In this document: one piece after another, positions 1-9,317 of the stretch
Layout: the number at the start of each line of letters is the position of its first letter
Position numbering within the stretch: the stretch's first letter is position 1
Assembly: GCA_036397095.1 (NCBI GenBank)
Contig: DASWJQ010000195.1
Coordinates: 44,070 to 108,069 of the forward strand
Source of the DNA: Anaerolineales bacterium
GTDB lineage: Bacteria > Chloroflexota > Anaerolineae > Anaerolineales > E44-bin32
Direction: 5' to 3'
DNA: 64,000 nucleotides
Translations under genes and position numbers: made by a program
The notes under the pieces: generated by a model
Seen by the model: only the letters and a program-made list of their open reading frames with translations
The model's database searches: none
What the model was told of the DNA's origin: nothing

Positions 1-1010
1 CCACCAGGGCGCTGGAGGCCGGCGGCCCGACCGTCGAGCACAACGGGCAGGCGCTGCTCGGTTGGCCCGATTGGATCGAGGGCCAGGTTGGGCTGACCTT
101 TGCCGTCCTGTTCGCCAGCCCTAAACGCTGGCAGATGGGTGCGTGGGATCACGTCATTTACGAGGACAGCGCCCAGGCCCACTGGCGCTACTGGGGCCAG
201 CTCGATCTGTATGAGCGGCTGGCCGACGACCACCCCGACAAGTTCCAGTTGATCACCAGCCAGACCGGCCTGGCGACGCACCTGGCCGCCTGGGAGGCGA
301 AGGCGGACCAACGCAAGTTGGGCTGGCTGCTGCTGATGGAGGGCGCCGACGGCGTGCGGGCGCCGCAGGAACTGGAAGAATGGTACGGGCGCGGCCTGCG
401 CATCGTCGGGCCGGCTTGGGACCGCACCCGCTATGCCGGCTCGTGCTACGACCCCGGCCCTTTCACCCATGAGGGCTTTGCCTTGCTCGAGGTGATGGCC
501 CAACTGGGCATGCTGCTCGATGTCAGCCACTTGTCCGACGAAGCCGCCCGCCAGGCGGTCGACCGCTACCCGGGCTCCTTGCTGGCGTCGCACGCCAACG
601 TCCGCCGGCTGGTGCCCCACAGCAGGTACCCCGAGCGCCATTTGCATGATGATGTCATTGGCGGCCTGGTCGAGCGCGATGCCGTCATCGGTGTCGTGCT
701 GGCCAACAAATTTCTCAAGGACGGCTGGCAGCCCGGCGATCCGCGTGAGCTGGTGACGATCGAGCACGTGGTTGACCACATCGACGCCATCTGCCAGCTG
801 GCCGGCGACGCCCGGCATGTGGCCCTCGGCTCGGATTTCGACGGCGGCTTTGGCCTGGATCAGGTGCCCGTGGGGCTGGACAGCATTGCCGACCTGGGCA
901 AGATCGGCCAGGCCCTGTTGGCCCGTGGCTACCAGGAAAGTGATATGCTAGGGGTCCTTGGAAACAACTGGATCCGCCTGCTGGAGCGAGCCCTACCCCC
1001 GTCGGATTGA
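1..1010 (+). CDS. Membrane dipeptidase (peptidase M19 family), 5' end cut by window edge; fold-back copy of 24849..25934
   Basis: Open in frame from position 3. Translation identical to the C-terminal 335 aa of the complete copy. Motifs HLSDEA, SHANVR, GSDFDGG. Confidence 0.85.
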   Translation, partial: TRALEAGGPTVEHNGQALLGWPDWIEGQVGLTFAVLFASPKRWQMGAWDHVIYEDSAQAHWRYWGQLDLYERLADDHPDKFQLITSQTGLATHLAAWEAKADQRKLGWLLLMEGADGVRAPQELEEWYGRGLRIVGPAWDRTRYAGSCYDPGPFTHEGFALLEVMAQLGMLLDVSHLSDEAARQAVDRYPGSLLASHANVRRLVPHSRYPERHLHDDVIGGLVERDAVIGVVLANKFLKDGWQPGDPRELVTIEHVVDHIDAICQLAGDARHVALGSDFDGGFGLDQVPVGLDSIADLGKIGQALLARGYQESDMLGVLGNNWIRLLERALPPSD

Positions 1011-1504
1011 TGCCGCTTAGCCCGCTGACTACCCGCCAATCCCGTTGGGCCCGCTATTGGATGACGCTGGCCCTGCTCGGCCTGCTGCTGTTTTTGGTCG
1101 GCGTCGAGCCGGATTTCATCGGCATGGACCGCAGCCCGGTGGTGGGCTTCGTCCAGATCGGCGTCTGGCTAGTGGGCCTGGGGCTGCTGCTGTTGAGCGG
1201 CACGCTGGCGGTGCGCGTCATCCGCAACGGCCATCCCAACAGTCTGCGGGCCGACATTGGCCTGCGCCTGGTGGCCACCGGCTACGTGCTGGCGGCGGTG
1301 GCCTCGCTGGCCGACTTCATCTCGATCGGCGCCCACCGCATGCCGTTTGTCTACTTTGGCCCGGTGCAGACGCTGGGCCTGGTGATCGGCATCGTCACCA
1401 GCCTGCTGGGGGTGGCGCTCTACTGGCCCTACAGTGCCCACCGAACCCAGCCGCAGGACGCCGGTTCCGGCGGCCCGCTGCTGGCCGGTTCGTCCGGCGA
1501 TTGA
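1010..1504 (+). CDS. Hypothetical polytopic membrane protein
   Basis: ATG at 1010 overlaps the dipeptidase stop (TGATG). About four hydrophobic helices (LALLGLLLFLVGV, IGVWLVGLGLLLL, VATGYVLAAVASL, LGLVIGIVTSLLGVAL). No family recognised. Confidence 0.5.
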   Translation: MPLSPLTTRQSRWARYWMTLALLGLLLFLVGVEPDFIGMDRSPVVGFVQIGVWLVGLGLLLLSGTLAVRVIRNGHPNSLRADIGLRLVATGYVLAAVASLADFISIGAHRMPFVYFGPVQTLGLVIGIVTSLLGVALYWPYSAHRTQPQDAGSGGPLLAGSSGD

Positions 1505-1562
1505 AATCTGAGATCGTCTGATCTAATATAGGAAGACCTCGTTCGGCCCATGTGAGGGGGAC

Positions 1563-2231
1563 ATGGCGCAAACGACACCCGATCCACCCCAAACGACACC
1601 AGCCTGGCCAAGCGCCGTCCGTTCGCGCGCTCCTCTTTATTTGCTTTTGGCGTTTTTGCTAGCCTTGCTGGCTGGCATTGCCACCTACCTGTACCTGGAA
1701 GACATCCGCCAGCGCAGCATAGCCACCACCGAGGCCATCGTAGCCTTGGTCGAGCTGCGGCCGGGAGCGGCGATCCAGGCGGAACAAATCGAGGCGCGCG
1801 CCGTGCCCCCTGGCATCCTGCCAACAGGTGCGTTGGTCACAGCAGAGCAAGTGAGCGGCCGGGTTGTGGTTAACCCGGTCGCACCCGGCGAGATCATCCT
1901 GGAGCGAGACTTGGCAGGCAGCGGTGGCGGGGGTCTTTCGGCTCGCCTACCGGACGGGCGCTGGGCAATGGTACTGCCCGCAGGTTGGCTCGTAACACCC
2001 CTGCCGGAACTGGATCGGGGTGACCGCTTGGATCTCTTGGCCTACGCCGTCAGCCAGCCCGCCGAGACGGCCGGGGTGGTCGTCGAAGCGGTCGAGATTC
2101 TGGTGGCGCCAAGCAGCGGCGGGGGCAATCAAGTCACGCTCGCCGTGACGCTGCAAGAGGCGATCGCCGTTGTCTACGCCCGGGCGAATGGGTTTCAGCT
2201 GTTGCCTCTGCTGCGACCACGAGGCGGGTGA
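1563..2231 (+). CDS. cpaB: Flp pilus assembly protein CpaB/RcpC-like
   Basis: 222 aa. N-terminal anchor LYLLLAFLLALLAGIATYLYL followed by a SAF-like region. GAGGGGG SD upstream. First gene of the Tad operon. Confidence 0.7.
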   Translation: MAQTTPDPPQTTPAWPSAVRSRAPLYLLLAFLLALLAGIATYLYLEDIRQRSIATTEAIVALVELRPGAAIQAEQIEARAVPPGILPTGALVTAEQVSGRVVVNPVAPGEIILERDLAGSGGGGLSARLPDGRWAMVLPAGWLVTPLPELDRGDRLDLLAYAVSQPAETAGVVVEAVEILVAPSSGGGNQVTLAVTLQEAIAVVYARANGFQLLPLLRPRGG

Positions 2232-2234
2232 GGG

Positions 2235-2945
2235 ATGCCCACCATCCTGCTTGTTGGCGCCAAAGGCGGTGTCGGCACGTCGATGCTGGCCGCCGGTCTG
2301 GCGCGAACGCTTGCCCGCCGGCAGCCGGTTCTGTTGGTTGATGCTGTCCGGGTTGCTGGCATCGCTGACCTGCTCCTTGATGTGCCGGTCGCACACGACT
2401 GGTCCGATCTGCTGCGGCTGGCCCCGGAGCTAACCGGCCGGCACCTGGCGGCCGTCGCCATTGAAGCCGGGCCCAACCTGCGCCTGCTGGCGGCGCCGGC
2501 TGACTGTGGTCCGTCAATGACGGGAGAACTCCTCACTTCTCTGGCCGGCCTGGGGGGGTTCGTGCTGGTTGACACCGAGCGATCGGCCATCAGACCCCAG
2601 GGAGCCCTGGCCGGGCTTGCCGACCATCTTTTGCTGGTTACGACGACCGACCCGGGTGCGCTGCGCGCTGCCCGCCGGTTGGCCGACGAATGGCCGCCGG
2701 CGGTTCGGCAGCGAGCCGGGTTGGTTGTGAACCAGTGGTCAGCAGGGACCCCGCTTACGCCAGAGCAGTTGGCGGGCGGTTGCCAGTTGCCGCTGGCGGG
2801 CGTTATTCCGGCTGCCGAGCACCTGGCGTTTAACAAAATTCACTTTGGCCAAGTGAGTGGAAGCCAGCGGACCTGGGGGCCGGCTGTCGAGGCTCTGGCC
2901 ACGCGAGCCGCTCGTGCGCTGGCGTCGGAGGCAGCCAACGCATGA
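2235..2945 (+). CDS. TadZ/CpaE-like ParA/MinD-family ATPase
   Basis: 236 aa. Deviant Walker A ILLVGAKGGVGTS at the N-terminus. Sits between cpaB and cpaF. Confidence 0.65.
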   Translation: MPTILLVGAKGGVGTSMLAAGLARTLARRQPVLLVDAVRVAGIADLLLDVPVAHDWSDLLRLAPELTGRHLAAVAIEAGPNLRLLAAPADCGPSMTGELLTSLAGLGGFVLVDTERSAIRPQGALAGLADHLLLVTTTDPGALRAARRLADEWPPAVRQRAGLVVNQWSAGTPLTPEQLAGGCQLPLAGVIPAAEHLAFNKIHFGQVSGSQRTWGPAVEALATRAARALASEAANA

Positions 2946-4156
2946 AGGATCGTCGGGAGCATTCCTCTCAAGACGACCGTCAGCCCGGTGCGGTCGAGGC
3001 CTGGCTTCACCGGACCATCATCGACCAGTTGGAAGGCGCCCTTGAGCCGGGCGATCTGGCAGCGGTGCCCGACAAACCCGCATTGGCGGCACACGCCCAC
3101 CGAATTCTCGCTCGGCGCAATCTGCTGTTGACCGAATCCGAGCTTGAAGATCTGGTCCGAACGGTGGTCGATCGCATCGACGGGCTTGGCCCATTGCAGC
3201 CATTGCTCGACGACCCTTCAATCACCGAGATCATGGTCAATGATCCCGACCATGTGTTCATCGAACGTGACGGGGTTCTTGTGCACACCGATGTGCACTT
3301 GGCCGACGACCAACATCTGTTGCACATCATCGATCGCATTGTCGGACCCATCGGCCGGCGGATTGACGAGGCCTCGCCGTTGGTCGATGCCCGCCTACCC
3401 GACGGCTCGCGCGTCAACGCCATCATCCCCCCGTTGGCGGTTGGGGGACCGGCGCTCACCATTCGCAAGTTCGGTGGCGACCCGTTTACCCTGGAGCGGC
3501 TCGTTAGCCTGGGGACGGTCAGCCAGCAGATGGCCCGCTTTCTGGACCGCTGCGTGCGGCAGCGGTTGAGCGTGATCATTTCAGGCGGGACCGGCTCAGG
3601 CAAGACCACAACGCTCAACGCCCTCAGTCTGTGCATTCCGGCCGGGGAGCGGCTCATCAGCATCGAAGATTCGGCTGAATTGCAGCTGCGCCATAGCCAT
3701 TGGATTTCGCTCGAATCCCGTCCACCAAACCTTGAAGGAGAAGGTGAAGTCAGCATCCGGCGCCTGGTGCGCAACGCCCTGCGGATGCGCCCCGACCGGA
3801 TCATCGTGGGAGAGGTTCGGGGCGAAGAAGCATTTGACATGCTGCAGGCAATGAATACTGGTCATCGCGGTTCGCTGACAACCCTGCATGCCAATTCTCC
3901 GTCGGATGCGTTAACCCGGCTCGAGTCGATGGTCTTGATGGCCGGCTTTGAAATCCCGGTCAGCGCCATTCGCCGCATGATCGGCGGCGCTGTGGATTTG
4001 ATCGTCCAACAAGACCGCCGGGCCGATGGCCGACGCGTGTTGACTTCGATCACTAGGCTGCGCAAACGCACGCCCGAGAGCCTGGAATTGGTTCCACTCT
4101 TCAGATTTGACCCCAAGCAAGGAGTCCACCAGGATTTGATGGGTGGGCTTGGATGA
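2942..4156 (+). CDS. cpaF: Tad pilus secretion ATPase CpaF/TadA
   Basis: 404 aa. Walker A GGTGSGKTT, Walker B/Asp box RPDRIIVGEVRG, His box TGHRGSLTTLHAN. ATGA overlap with the upstream gene. Confidence 0.9.
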   Translation: MKDRREHSSQDDRQPGAVEAWLHRTIIDQLEGALEPGDLAAVPDKPALAAHAHRILARRNLLLTESELEDLVRTVVDRIDGLGPLQPLLDDPSITEIMVNDPDHVFIERDGVLVHTDVHLADDQHLLHIIDRIVGPIGRRIDEASPLVDARLPDGSRVNAIIPPLAVGGPALTIRKFGGDPFTLERLVSLGTVSQQMARFLDRCVRQRLSVIISGGTGSGKTTTLNALSLCIPAGERLISIEDSAELQLRHSHWISLESRPPNLEGEGEVSIRRLVRNALRMRPDRIIVGEVRGEEAFDMLQAMNTGHRGSLTTLHANSPSDALTRLESMVLMAGFEIPVSAIRRMIGGAVDLIVQQDRRADGRRVLTSITRLRKRTPESLELVPLFRFDPKQGVHQDLMGGLG

Positions 4157-5244
4157 GGATGAGGCGTACGGCATTACGCGGGTGGGGGACCTCCAGCCTG
4201 GCATCGCTCCTGCTGATGGCAGCAGTCACGACGATTGCCTACTGGAACCGGGATCAGTTGGTGGCCTGGCACACTGCCGAGCCGCATCTGATGGTCGCCC
4301 TGGTGATTGGCGCCTTCGTGTGGCTGCTCGCCGGACTTGGATTGCTCGGTTATGAGCGATCCATCATTGGTCGGGCGTGGCGAGCAAGACTGGTGGCGCG
4401 AGCCGGCTATGCCGAGCAGGCCATGGATTCCCCTGTTCGTCGCTGGCGCCGACGAGTTGGGGATCCCCTCGAGTTCCTGACTGGCCCGCTGTTGCGCACT
4501 GCTTGGGGACGAACGAGGAGCGCCGAATGGCAGTCGGCCGGTTTCGGCGACCGAGCCTCTCGCTATTTGCTGCTCTTGGGGAGCGCGTTGGTCGTTGGAG
4601 CCCTGGTGGGGTATGCGCTGGCTGGTCCGCTACTGGGACTGGCCTTTGGCCTGACTCTGCCGCTGGCACCAGGCAGTTGGGTCAGGCGCCGGGCCATCGC
4701 AGCCGAGCGGCGCTTCGACGAGCTGTTGCCGGAGGCCCTGGATGCCATCGCCTCGGGCCTGGCTGCTGGGCTGGCATTTGAAGGAGCCGTCGGCTATGCA
4801 GCCACTGAACTACCGAAGCCAGTGGCAGCCAGGTTGGCTCAACTTGCCCGACGTCTGTCCCTGGGGATGCCCGTCGATGAAGCCCTCGATCGGTTGCTTG
4901 AAGAACAACCCGGCGAACAGTTGGCATTGATCGTAGAAGCCATCCAATTGCAGCGCAGGCTTGGTGGCAACCTCATCGAGTTGCTCAAGGAGATGGCCGG
5001 CTTGATTCGTGAGCGGATCGAGTTGGCCAAGGAAGTGCGGGCCGTAAGTGCGCAAGGGCGACTGTCGGGCAGCGTAATTGCTGGACTGGTTCCGGTGTCG
5101 GCGGGCATCCTGCTCTTGTTCAACCCGCGCTACATCGACGTGTTGTTCGAGACGTTGCTCGGACAAGTGCTCTTGGTCATTTCATTGCTATTGCTGCTTG
5201 CGGGGTGGGCAGTGATGTCCATGCTCATTCGAAGGGCGGTGTAG
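4153..5244 (+). CDS. tadB: TadB-like type II secretion system F-domain membrane protein
   Basis: 363 aa. N-terminal TM helices, a soluble T2SS-F-like helical region and a C-terminal TM pair. ATGA overlap with cpaF. Confidence 0.7.
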   Translation: MRMRRTALRGWGTSSLASLLLMAAVTTIAYWNRDQLVAWHTAEPHLMVALVIGAFVWLLAGLGLLGYERSIIGRAWRARLVARAGYAEQAMDSPVRRWRRRVGDPLEFLTGPLLRTAWGRTRSAEWQSAGFGDRASRYLLLLGSALVVGALVGYALAGPLLGLAFGLTLPLAPGSWVRRRAIAAERRFDELLPEALDAIASGLAAGLAFEGAVGYAATELPKPVAARLAQLARRLSLGMPVDEALDRLLEEQPGEQLALIVEAIQLQRRLGGNLIELLKEMAGLIRERIELAKEVRAVSAQGRLSGSVIAGLVPVSAGILLLFNPRYIDVLFETLLGQVLLVISLLLLLAGWAVMSMLIRRAV

Positions 5245-6090
5245 ATGGGCCCATTGCTCATTGGCGGCCTGGTTGGTTGCGCCTTCGGTCTGTTGGTGTA
5301 CAGCCTGATCCACCGGCTTGGCGCTCGCCGGCCACTACTCCCGAAGGCCAACTGGGGATCAAGCGCGGCCGGTTGGCTGAGACTGGTGCCCGTTCCCGGC
5401 GCTCCTGCCCGCAGATGGTCTGGGGACCAAATGGATCTGCGGCTGCGTCGGGCTGGCCTGCCCTGGCCGGCGGAAGCGTTTGTCGGGCTGCGCTGGCTGG
5501 GTTGGCTGGTGGCGTCGCTGGTTGCTCTGGCGTCCTGGCGCTTTCTTGGCCGCGGAGTCATTGCCGGGTTTTTGGGATTGCTCGTGCTGGTGTTGGGAAT
5601 CTGGGGGCCGCAACTTTGGCTGCAGGCCCGCCAAGACCGGCGAAGGCAGGAGGTCGAAGCCGACCTACCTGCCTTGCTCGACCGGCTGATCCTGTCCCTG
5701 GAGGCGGGTCTCGGATTTGAGACTGCCTTTCGCCGTGCCGCTTTTTCGTTGGATCGGGCCCTCGGCGTTGGACTACGCCGTGCTCTGTTCCGGCTGGACG
5801 CCGGTCTGACCAAGGGAGAGGTAATGGGACGTCTCACGCTCGAGCTGCCCTCAACCGATCTGCGCAGTTTCGCCGCCTCTGTCCAGCAGGCGGAACGTCT
5901 CGGAACTTCGCTGGCCAAGACCCTGCGTGTCCAAGCCCGGTTGCTGCGGGCCGAACGGCGGCGCCGGGCCCAGGAAGCCAGCCGGCGCCTGCCGGTGCTG
6001 ATCGTCTTCCCGCTGGTCCTGTTCTTCCTGCCGTCGATGCTCATCATTTATCTGGCGCCGCCATTGCTCCACTTATTCTTGGGGCGTTAG
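5245..6090 (+). CDS. tadC: TadC-like type II secretion system F-domain membrane protein
   Basis: 281 aa. Same TM/helical/TM layout as tadB. Starts one base after the tadB stop. Confidence 0.65.
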   Translation: MGPLLIGGLVGCAFGLLVYSLIHRLGARRPLLPKANWGSSAAGWLRLVPVPGAPARRWSGDQMDLRLRRAGLPWPAEAFVGLRWLGWLVASLVALASWRFLGRGVIAGFLGLLVLVLGIWGPQLWLQARQDRRRQEVEADLPALLDRLILSLEAGLGFETAFRRAAFSLDRALGVGLRRALFRLDAGLTKGEVMGRLTLELPSTDLRSFAASVQQAERLGTSLAKTLRVQARLLRAERRRRAQEASRRLPVLIVFPLVLFFLPSMLIIYLAPPLLHLFLGR

Positions 6091-6091
6091 C

Positions 6092-6529
6092 TTGAAGCAG
6101 GGAAGTCCGGCGGCCGGTGACCGGTGCGGCGGACAGGCGCTTGTCGAGTTCGCCGCCGTCCTGCCGGTCTTGCTGCTGGTGACAATCGGGCTGATCAATT
6201 TGGGCCTGCTGATGGCGGCGCAACTCGAGCTAACGCAAGCCGCCTGGGAAGGTGCCCGGGCTGGCGCCACAATTCTGAACCCGGCCGTCGGCGATGCCGA
6301 AATTCGCGGTGCCATCGACGGCTCCCTTTACCTGCTCGACCCCTCAAGGCTGGCGGTGTCGATCGAGCCCAACCAGGACGAATGGCCGCGCACCGAACCA
6401 TGGCCCGAGCCGCGCGGCCACCCGATCCGAGTGACGCTGTCCTATGACTATCCGCTGTATCTGCCGGGTACGCTGCAGGTGCAGCTGCAGGCCCGCGCCG
6501 TCAGCCGCATCGAGTACCAGAATCCATGA
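6092..6529 (+). CDS. TadE-like pseudopilin/pilus assembly protein
   Basis: 145 aa. N-terminal TadE signature GQALVEFAAVLPVLLLV. Confidence 0.7.
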   Translation: MKQGSPAAGDRCGGQALVEFAAVLPVLLLVTIGLINLGLLMAAQLELTQAAWEGARAGATILNPAVGDAEIRGAIDGSLYLLDPSRLAVSIEPNQDEWPRTEPWPEPRGHPIRVTLSYDYPLYLPGTLQVQLQARAVSRIEYQNP

Positions 6530-7101
6530 ACAACAGGGGCCAGGTGGTGGTGGTCGTGGCGATTGTCTTGATGGTCGCCTTGCTGCTCCTGGCCCTGGGA
6601 GTCGATGGCGGGCGGCTCTATTTGGCCCGAGCCGAACTGCGGCGGGGAGCGCAAGCGGCGGCCGATGCCGGTATCGGTTATGTCGCCGACGCCATGGTGA
6701 CGCTGGCTGTTCCGCGTCAAACAGAAGCGGCAGGCTTGCCACCATGCGTCCCCGACGGAGACTTCGGTGCAGACGGCGGCGTCTGTACGGCCACGCCTGA
6801 ACCGGCGGCAATCCAGCATTGGTTGTCCGACGACGACCGGGCGACGCTGGCGGGCCCTGAGGTTCAGGCGACGGCCCAGGGGATTGCGGCCAACTACGCC
6901 AACCTGAACAGCATTGTGCCGGGGGAGGCGGGGGTCGAGGCGTTGGATCTCGATTACCCCCAGCACTACGAACCCGAGGATGAGCGACTGACCTTCTCGG
7001 TGACGATCACCCGCCAGATGGTGATTCTGCTGGCCGGATTGCTCGACCGCGAATGGGTGCAGCTTCAAGTCGAAGCCCGGTCCCAAATTCCGCAGCGATG
7101 A
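6526..7101 (+). CDS. TadG-like pilus assembly protein
   Basis: 191 aa. N-terminal anchor VVVVVAIVLMVALLLLALGVDGGRLYLARAELRRGAQAAADAG typical of the TadG-type N-terminal domain. 4-nt overlap with the upstream gene. Confidence 0.55.
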   Translation: MNNRGQVVVVVAIVLMVALLLLALGVDGGRLYLARAELRRGAQAAADAGIGYVADAMVTLAVPRQTEAAGLPPCVPDGDFGADGGVCTATPEPAAIQHWLSDDDRATLAGPEVQATAQGIAANYANLNSIVPGEAGVEALDLDYPQHYEPEDERLTFSVTITRQMVILLAGLLDREWVQLQVEARSQIPQR

Positions 7102-7841
7102 CCGCGTCTACCAGGCAAGTTCTGGGTCTGGCCACCGGCATTCTGCCATTGGCGGCGTTGGCCGGAGCCGGCACATGGCTGGGTGCCCGTCTAATCACGC
7201 GGATGCCTGGCGTGCCGCCGGCGCTGCCTCTGCTGTTGGCGTGCCTGGCGTTTCTGTTGCTGTCGCTCGGTCGCAACCAGCGGGCAGGCTGGACCGTATG
7301 GGCCTTGCTCGGATTGGCGCTGGCGGTGGGCCTGGTCACCGCCACCCTGGGCCTACCGGAAGCGCCAAACATGCCGGCGACGCTTGGCCTGGCCGGCGCG
7401 CTGCTGGCAGGCGGATTGGCATTGGGCCTGAGTCGCTGGCCCGGCTGGCTGTGGGCTCGGTTGGCCGGCGGTGCGGGTCGCAGTCTGTGGCCCCGCGTTC
7501 TGTGGCTGGGGACCTGGGCCTACCTGCTGGGTTGGATCGCCGTCTGGCTGCTGGCGGCGGGACCCGGAATCCGACGGTTGTGGGCCGGCGTAGGTCTGCA
7601 GTTGTTCACCGGCCTGACCGCGCTGTGGGCCGTGGGGCTGGATGTCCACAGTGGTCCGGCCGCAGTCCGACCGCCGGAGTCCACCCGGGGAGGGTCGGAC
7701 GGAGCGCCTGCCCAGGTGGACCTTCGAGGTCAGACCGAGTCCCCCGCGACCTGGAACGCCGAGCTGGTAGGGGCGGCCGCCGATCTGTACTTGCTCGGCC
7801 TCAACCTAATGCTGGCGGCGGGGGTGCTGCTGGCGGCATGA
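7098..7841 (+). CDS. Polytopic membrane protein, last gene of the Tad operon
   Basis: Start set at the internal ATG 7098, which makes an ATGA overlap with the tadG-like stop. 247 aa with 6-7 hydrophobic helices. C-terminus DLYLLGLNLMLAAGVLL faintly resembles BI-1/YccA. Confidence 0.5.
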   Translation: MTASTRQVLGLATGILPLAALAGAGTWLGARLITRMPGVPPALPLLLACLAFLLLSLGRNQRAGWTVWALLGLALAVGLVTATLGLPEAPNMPATLGLAGALLAGGLALGLSRWPGWLWARLAGGAGRSLWPRVLWLGTWAYLLGWIAVWLLAAGPGIRRLWAGVGLQLFTGLTALWAVGLDVHSGPAAVRPPESTRGGSDGAPAQVDLRGQTESPATWNAELVGAAADLYLLGLNLMLAAGVLLAA

Positions 7842-7880
7842 CGGCTTTTCCGCAACCCCGGGGAGTCAAGTACGAAGCTT

Positions 7881-7943
7881 GACCTCCGAGGTCCACACGA
7901 GGAGGTCCAGAGTTCGACTAGCGCCGTGTGGACCTAGAAGGTC
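7881..7943. repeat. Cluster of short palindromes between convergent genes: GACCTCcGAGGTC (7881-7893), stem GGTCCACAC/GTGTGGACC (7890-7898/7927-7935), GACCTagaAGGTC (7931-7943)
   Basis: Read directly. Lies between two convergent stop codons, so a bidirectional terminator role is plausible. The 13-nt palindrome recurs at 44275 and 44324. Confidence 0.5.
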
Positions 7944-7961
7944 ACGCCGAATGCGCGCCGT

Positions 7962-9203
7962 CTAGGGTTCGGGCGTGGCGGTGCCCGTCTCGGTCGGGGT
8001 GACCGTCACCGTCGGCGAAACGGTGAAGGTCGGCGTTATCGTCAAGGTAGGCAGCGGCGGGCTGTGGTAGCGCACGACCGATTCCCCATCCCAGGTCGAC
8101 TCGAAGCCAAACACCTCGAAGAAGGTCTGCCCGGGCCTGAGCGCCAACGGCCGACCGTCCTCATCGAACAACCGCAGTGCGGAGCGCTCCGACGACCAGG
8201 TGATCGGATAGCGCCGGCCGTCGCGGAAAACCAGGCCAAAGCGCGCCGGCACGAAGCGCAGCTCGATCTCGATAATCGTGCCTTCCAGGTTCTGCAGTTT
8301 GTGGTCGGCGAACAGCACCACCAGGTTGTCGAAAGCCAACTGCTGGCCGGTCAGCCGGTCGATCTGCGGGCCAAGCTGGCCGTTGCCGTCGACCATGTCC
8401 TGCCAGCGCAGGTAGCGGCCGGAGGCGGAGTCGTAGGTCCATTGGAACTGGGCAAACAGGTTGTAAATCAACGACAGTTCGAGCCCGGGCGACCCACCGG
8501 CAGGGATGCGATGGTCGAACGATAGACCGGCGTAGCTGGCCGGCTGGGCCGGGTCGAGCGGCAGGCCGGGCAGATCGGCCAGCCGCAGCCCGGCGCTGTT
8601 GACGTCGTCCGGGTTGAGGGCGTTGACTGTCAACTGCTTGCCCAACTCGGGCAACACCTGGGCCGAAGCGGCCCGGGTGACGATCAGGCCGCCGGGGTAG
8701 AAGGCGCGGATGTCATCGAAAACGACCCGGCCCGACCGGATCGGGCCGATGACGAAGTCGTAAGGCAGGTCGGCGCCGGGGGCCAGCTCGGACAGCCGCT
8801 GCGGGTAGTCGCCGAAGTACACCGCCAGGAAGCGGGTCAACCCCTGACCGATCGAGGTCTCCCAGACGTGGTCGGCCTGCGACAGTCCGGCTTGCGGGCG
8901 GGCTGATGGCGGGAAGTTGGTGATCGACACCAGCAGCGGCGCCCGGCGGAGCAGCCTGGGGCCGATGGGGAGCCCGGTCAGCGGGTTGTAGCCGGGAAAG
9001 TAAGCCGGCCCGACCGGCCGCGGCGTGGCGCTAGGCGGCGGGGTTGGGCTCAAAGTGGCCGACGGCGACGGTTGGGCCGGCCGGGTTGCCGACGGCCGTG
9101 CCAGGCGCACGGTGGGTGTGGCAGAAGGCTGCTGGGCCGACGGCTGGCAGGCGGCCGCCAGCAGGCCCAGGGCAACGGCGAGCACGGTCCATGACTTCTT
9201 CAT
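7962..9203 (-). CDS. DUF3048 (YerB-like) lipoprotein
   Basis: 413 aa. Lipobox LLAAAC, Pro/Ser/Thr-rich linker. Core NPLTGLP...ARPQAGLSQADHVWE...GLTRFLAVYF matches my memory of the DUF3048 signature. Confidence 0.65.
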   Translation of the reverse strand: MKKSWTVLAVALGLLAAACQPSAQQPSATPTVRLARPSATRPAQPSPSATLSPTPPPSATPRPVGPAYFPGYNPLTGLPIGPRLLRRAPLLVSITNFPPSARPQAGLSQADHVWETSIGQGLTRFLAVYFGDYPQRLSELAPGADLPYDFVIGPIRSGRVVFDDIRAFYPGGLIVTRAASAQVLPELGKQLTVNALNPDDVNSAGLRLADLPGLPLDPAQPASYAGLSFDHRIPAGGSPGLELSLIYNLFAQFQWTYDSASGRYLRWQDMVDGNGQLGPQIDRLTGQQLAFDNLVVLFADHKLQNLEGTIIEIELRFVPARFGLVFRDGRRYPITWSSERSALRLFDEDGRPLALRPGQTFFEVFGFESTWDGESVVRYHSPPLPTLTITPTFTVSPTVTVTPTETGTATPEP

Positions 9204-9317
9204 CGGTCGGCGCTCATCCTACCCGCTGGCTCCGGCCGGCGAAAGACCCACCCCGGTCCTGTCCTTGGTAGAATGAACCACAATTACTGGTAGCTGGAGG
9301 GGGAAGGTAGGCAGTCG

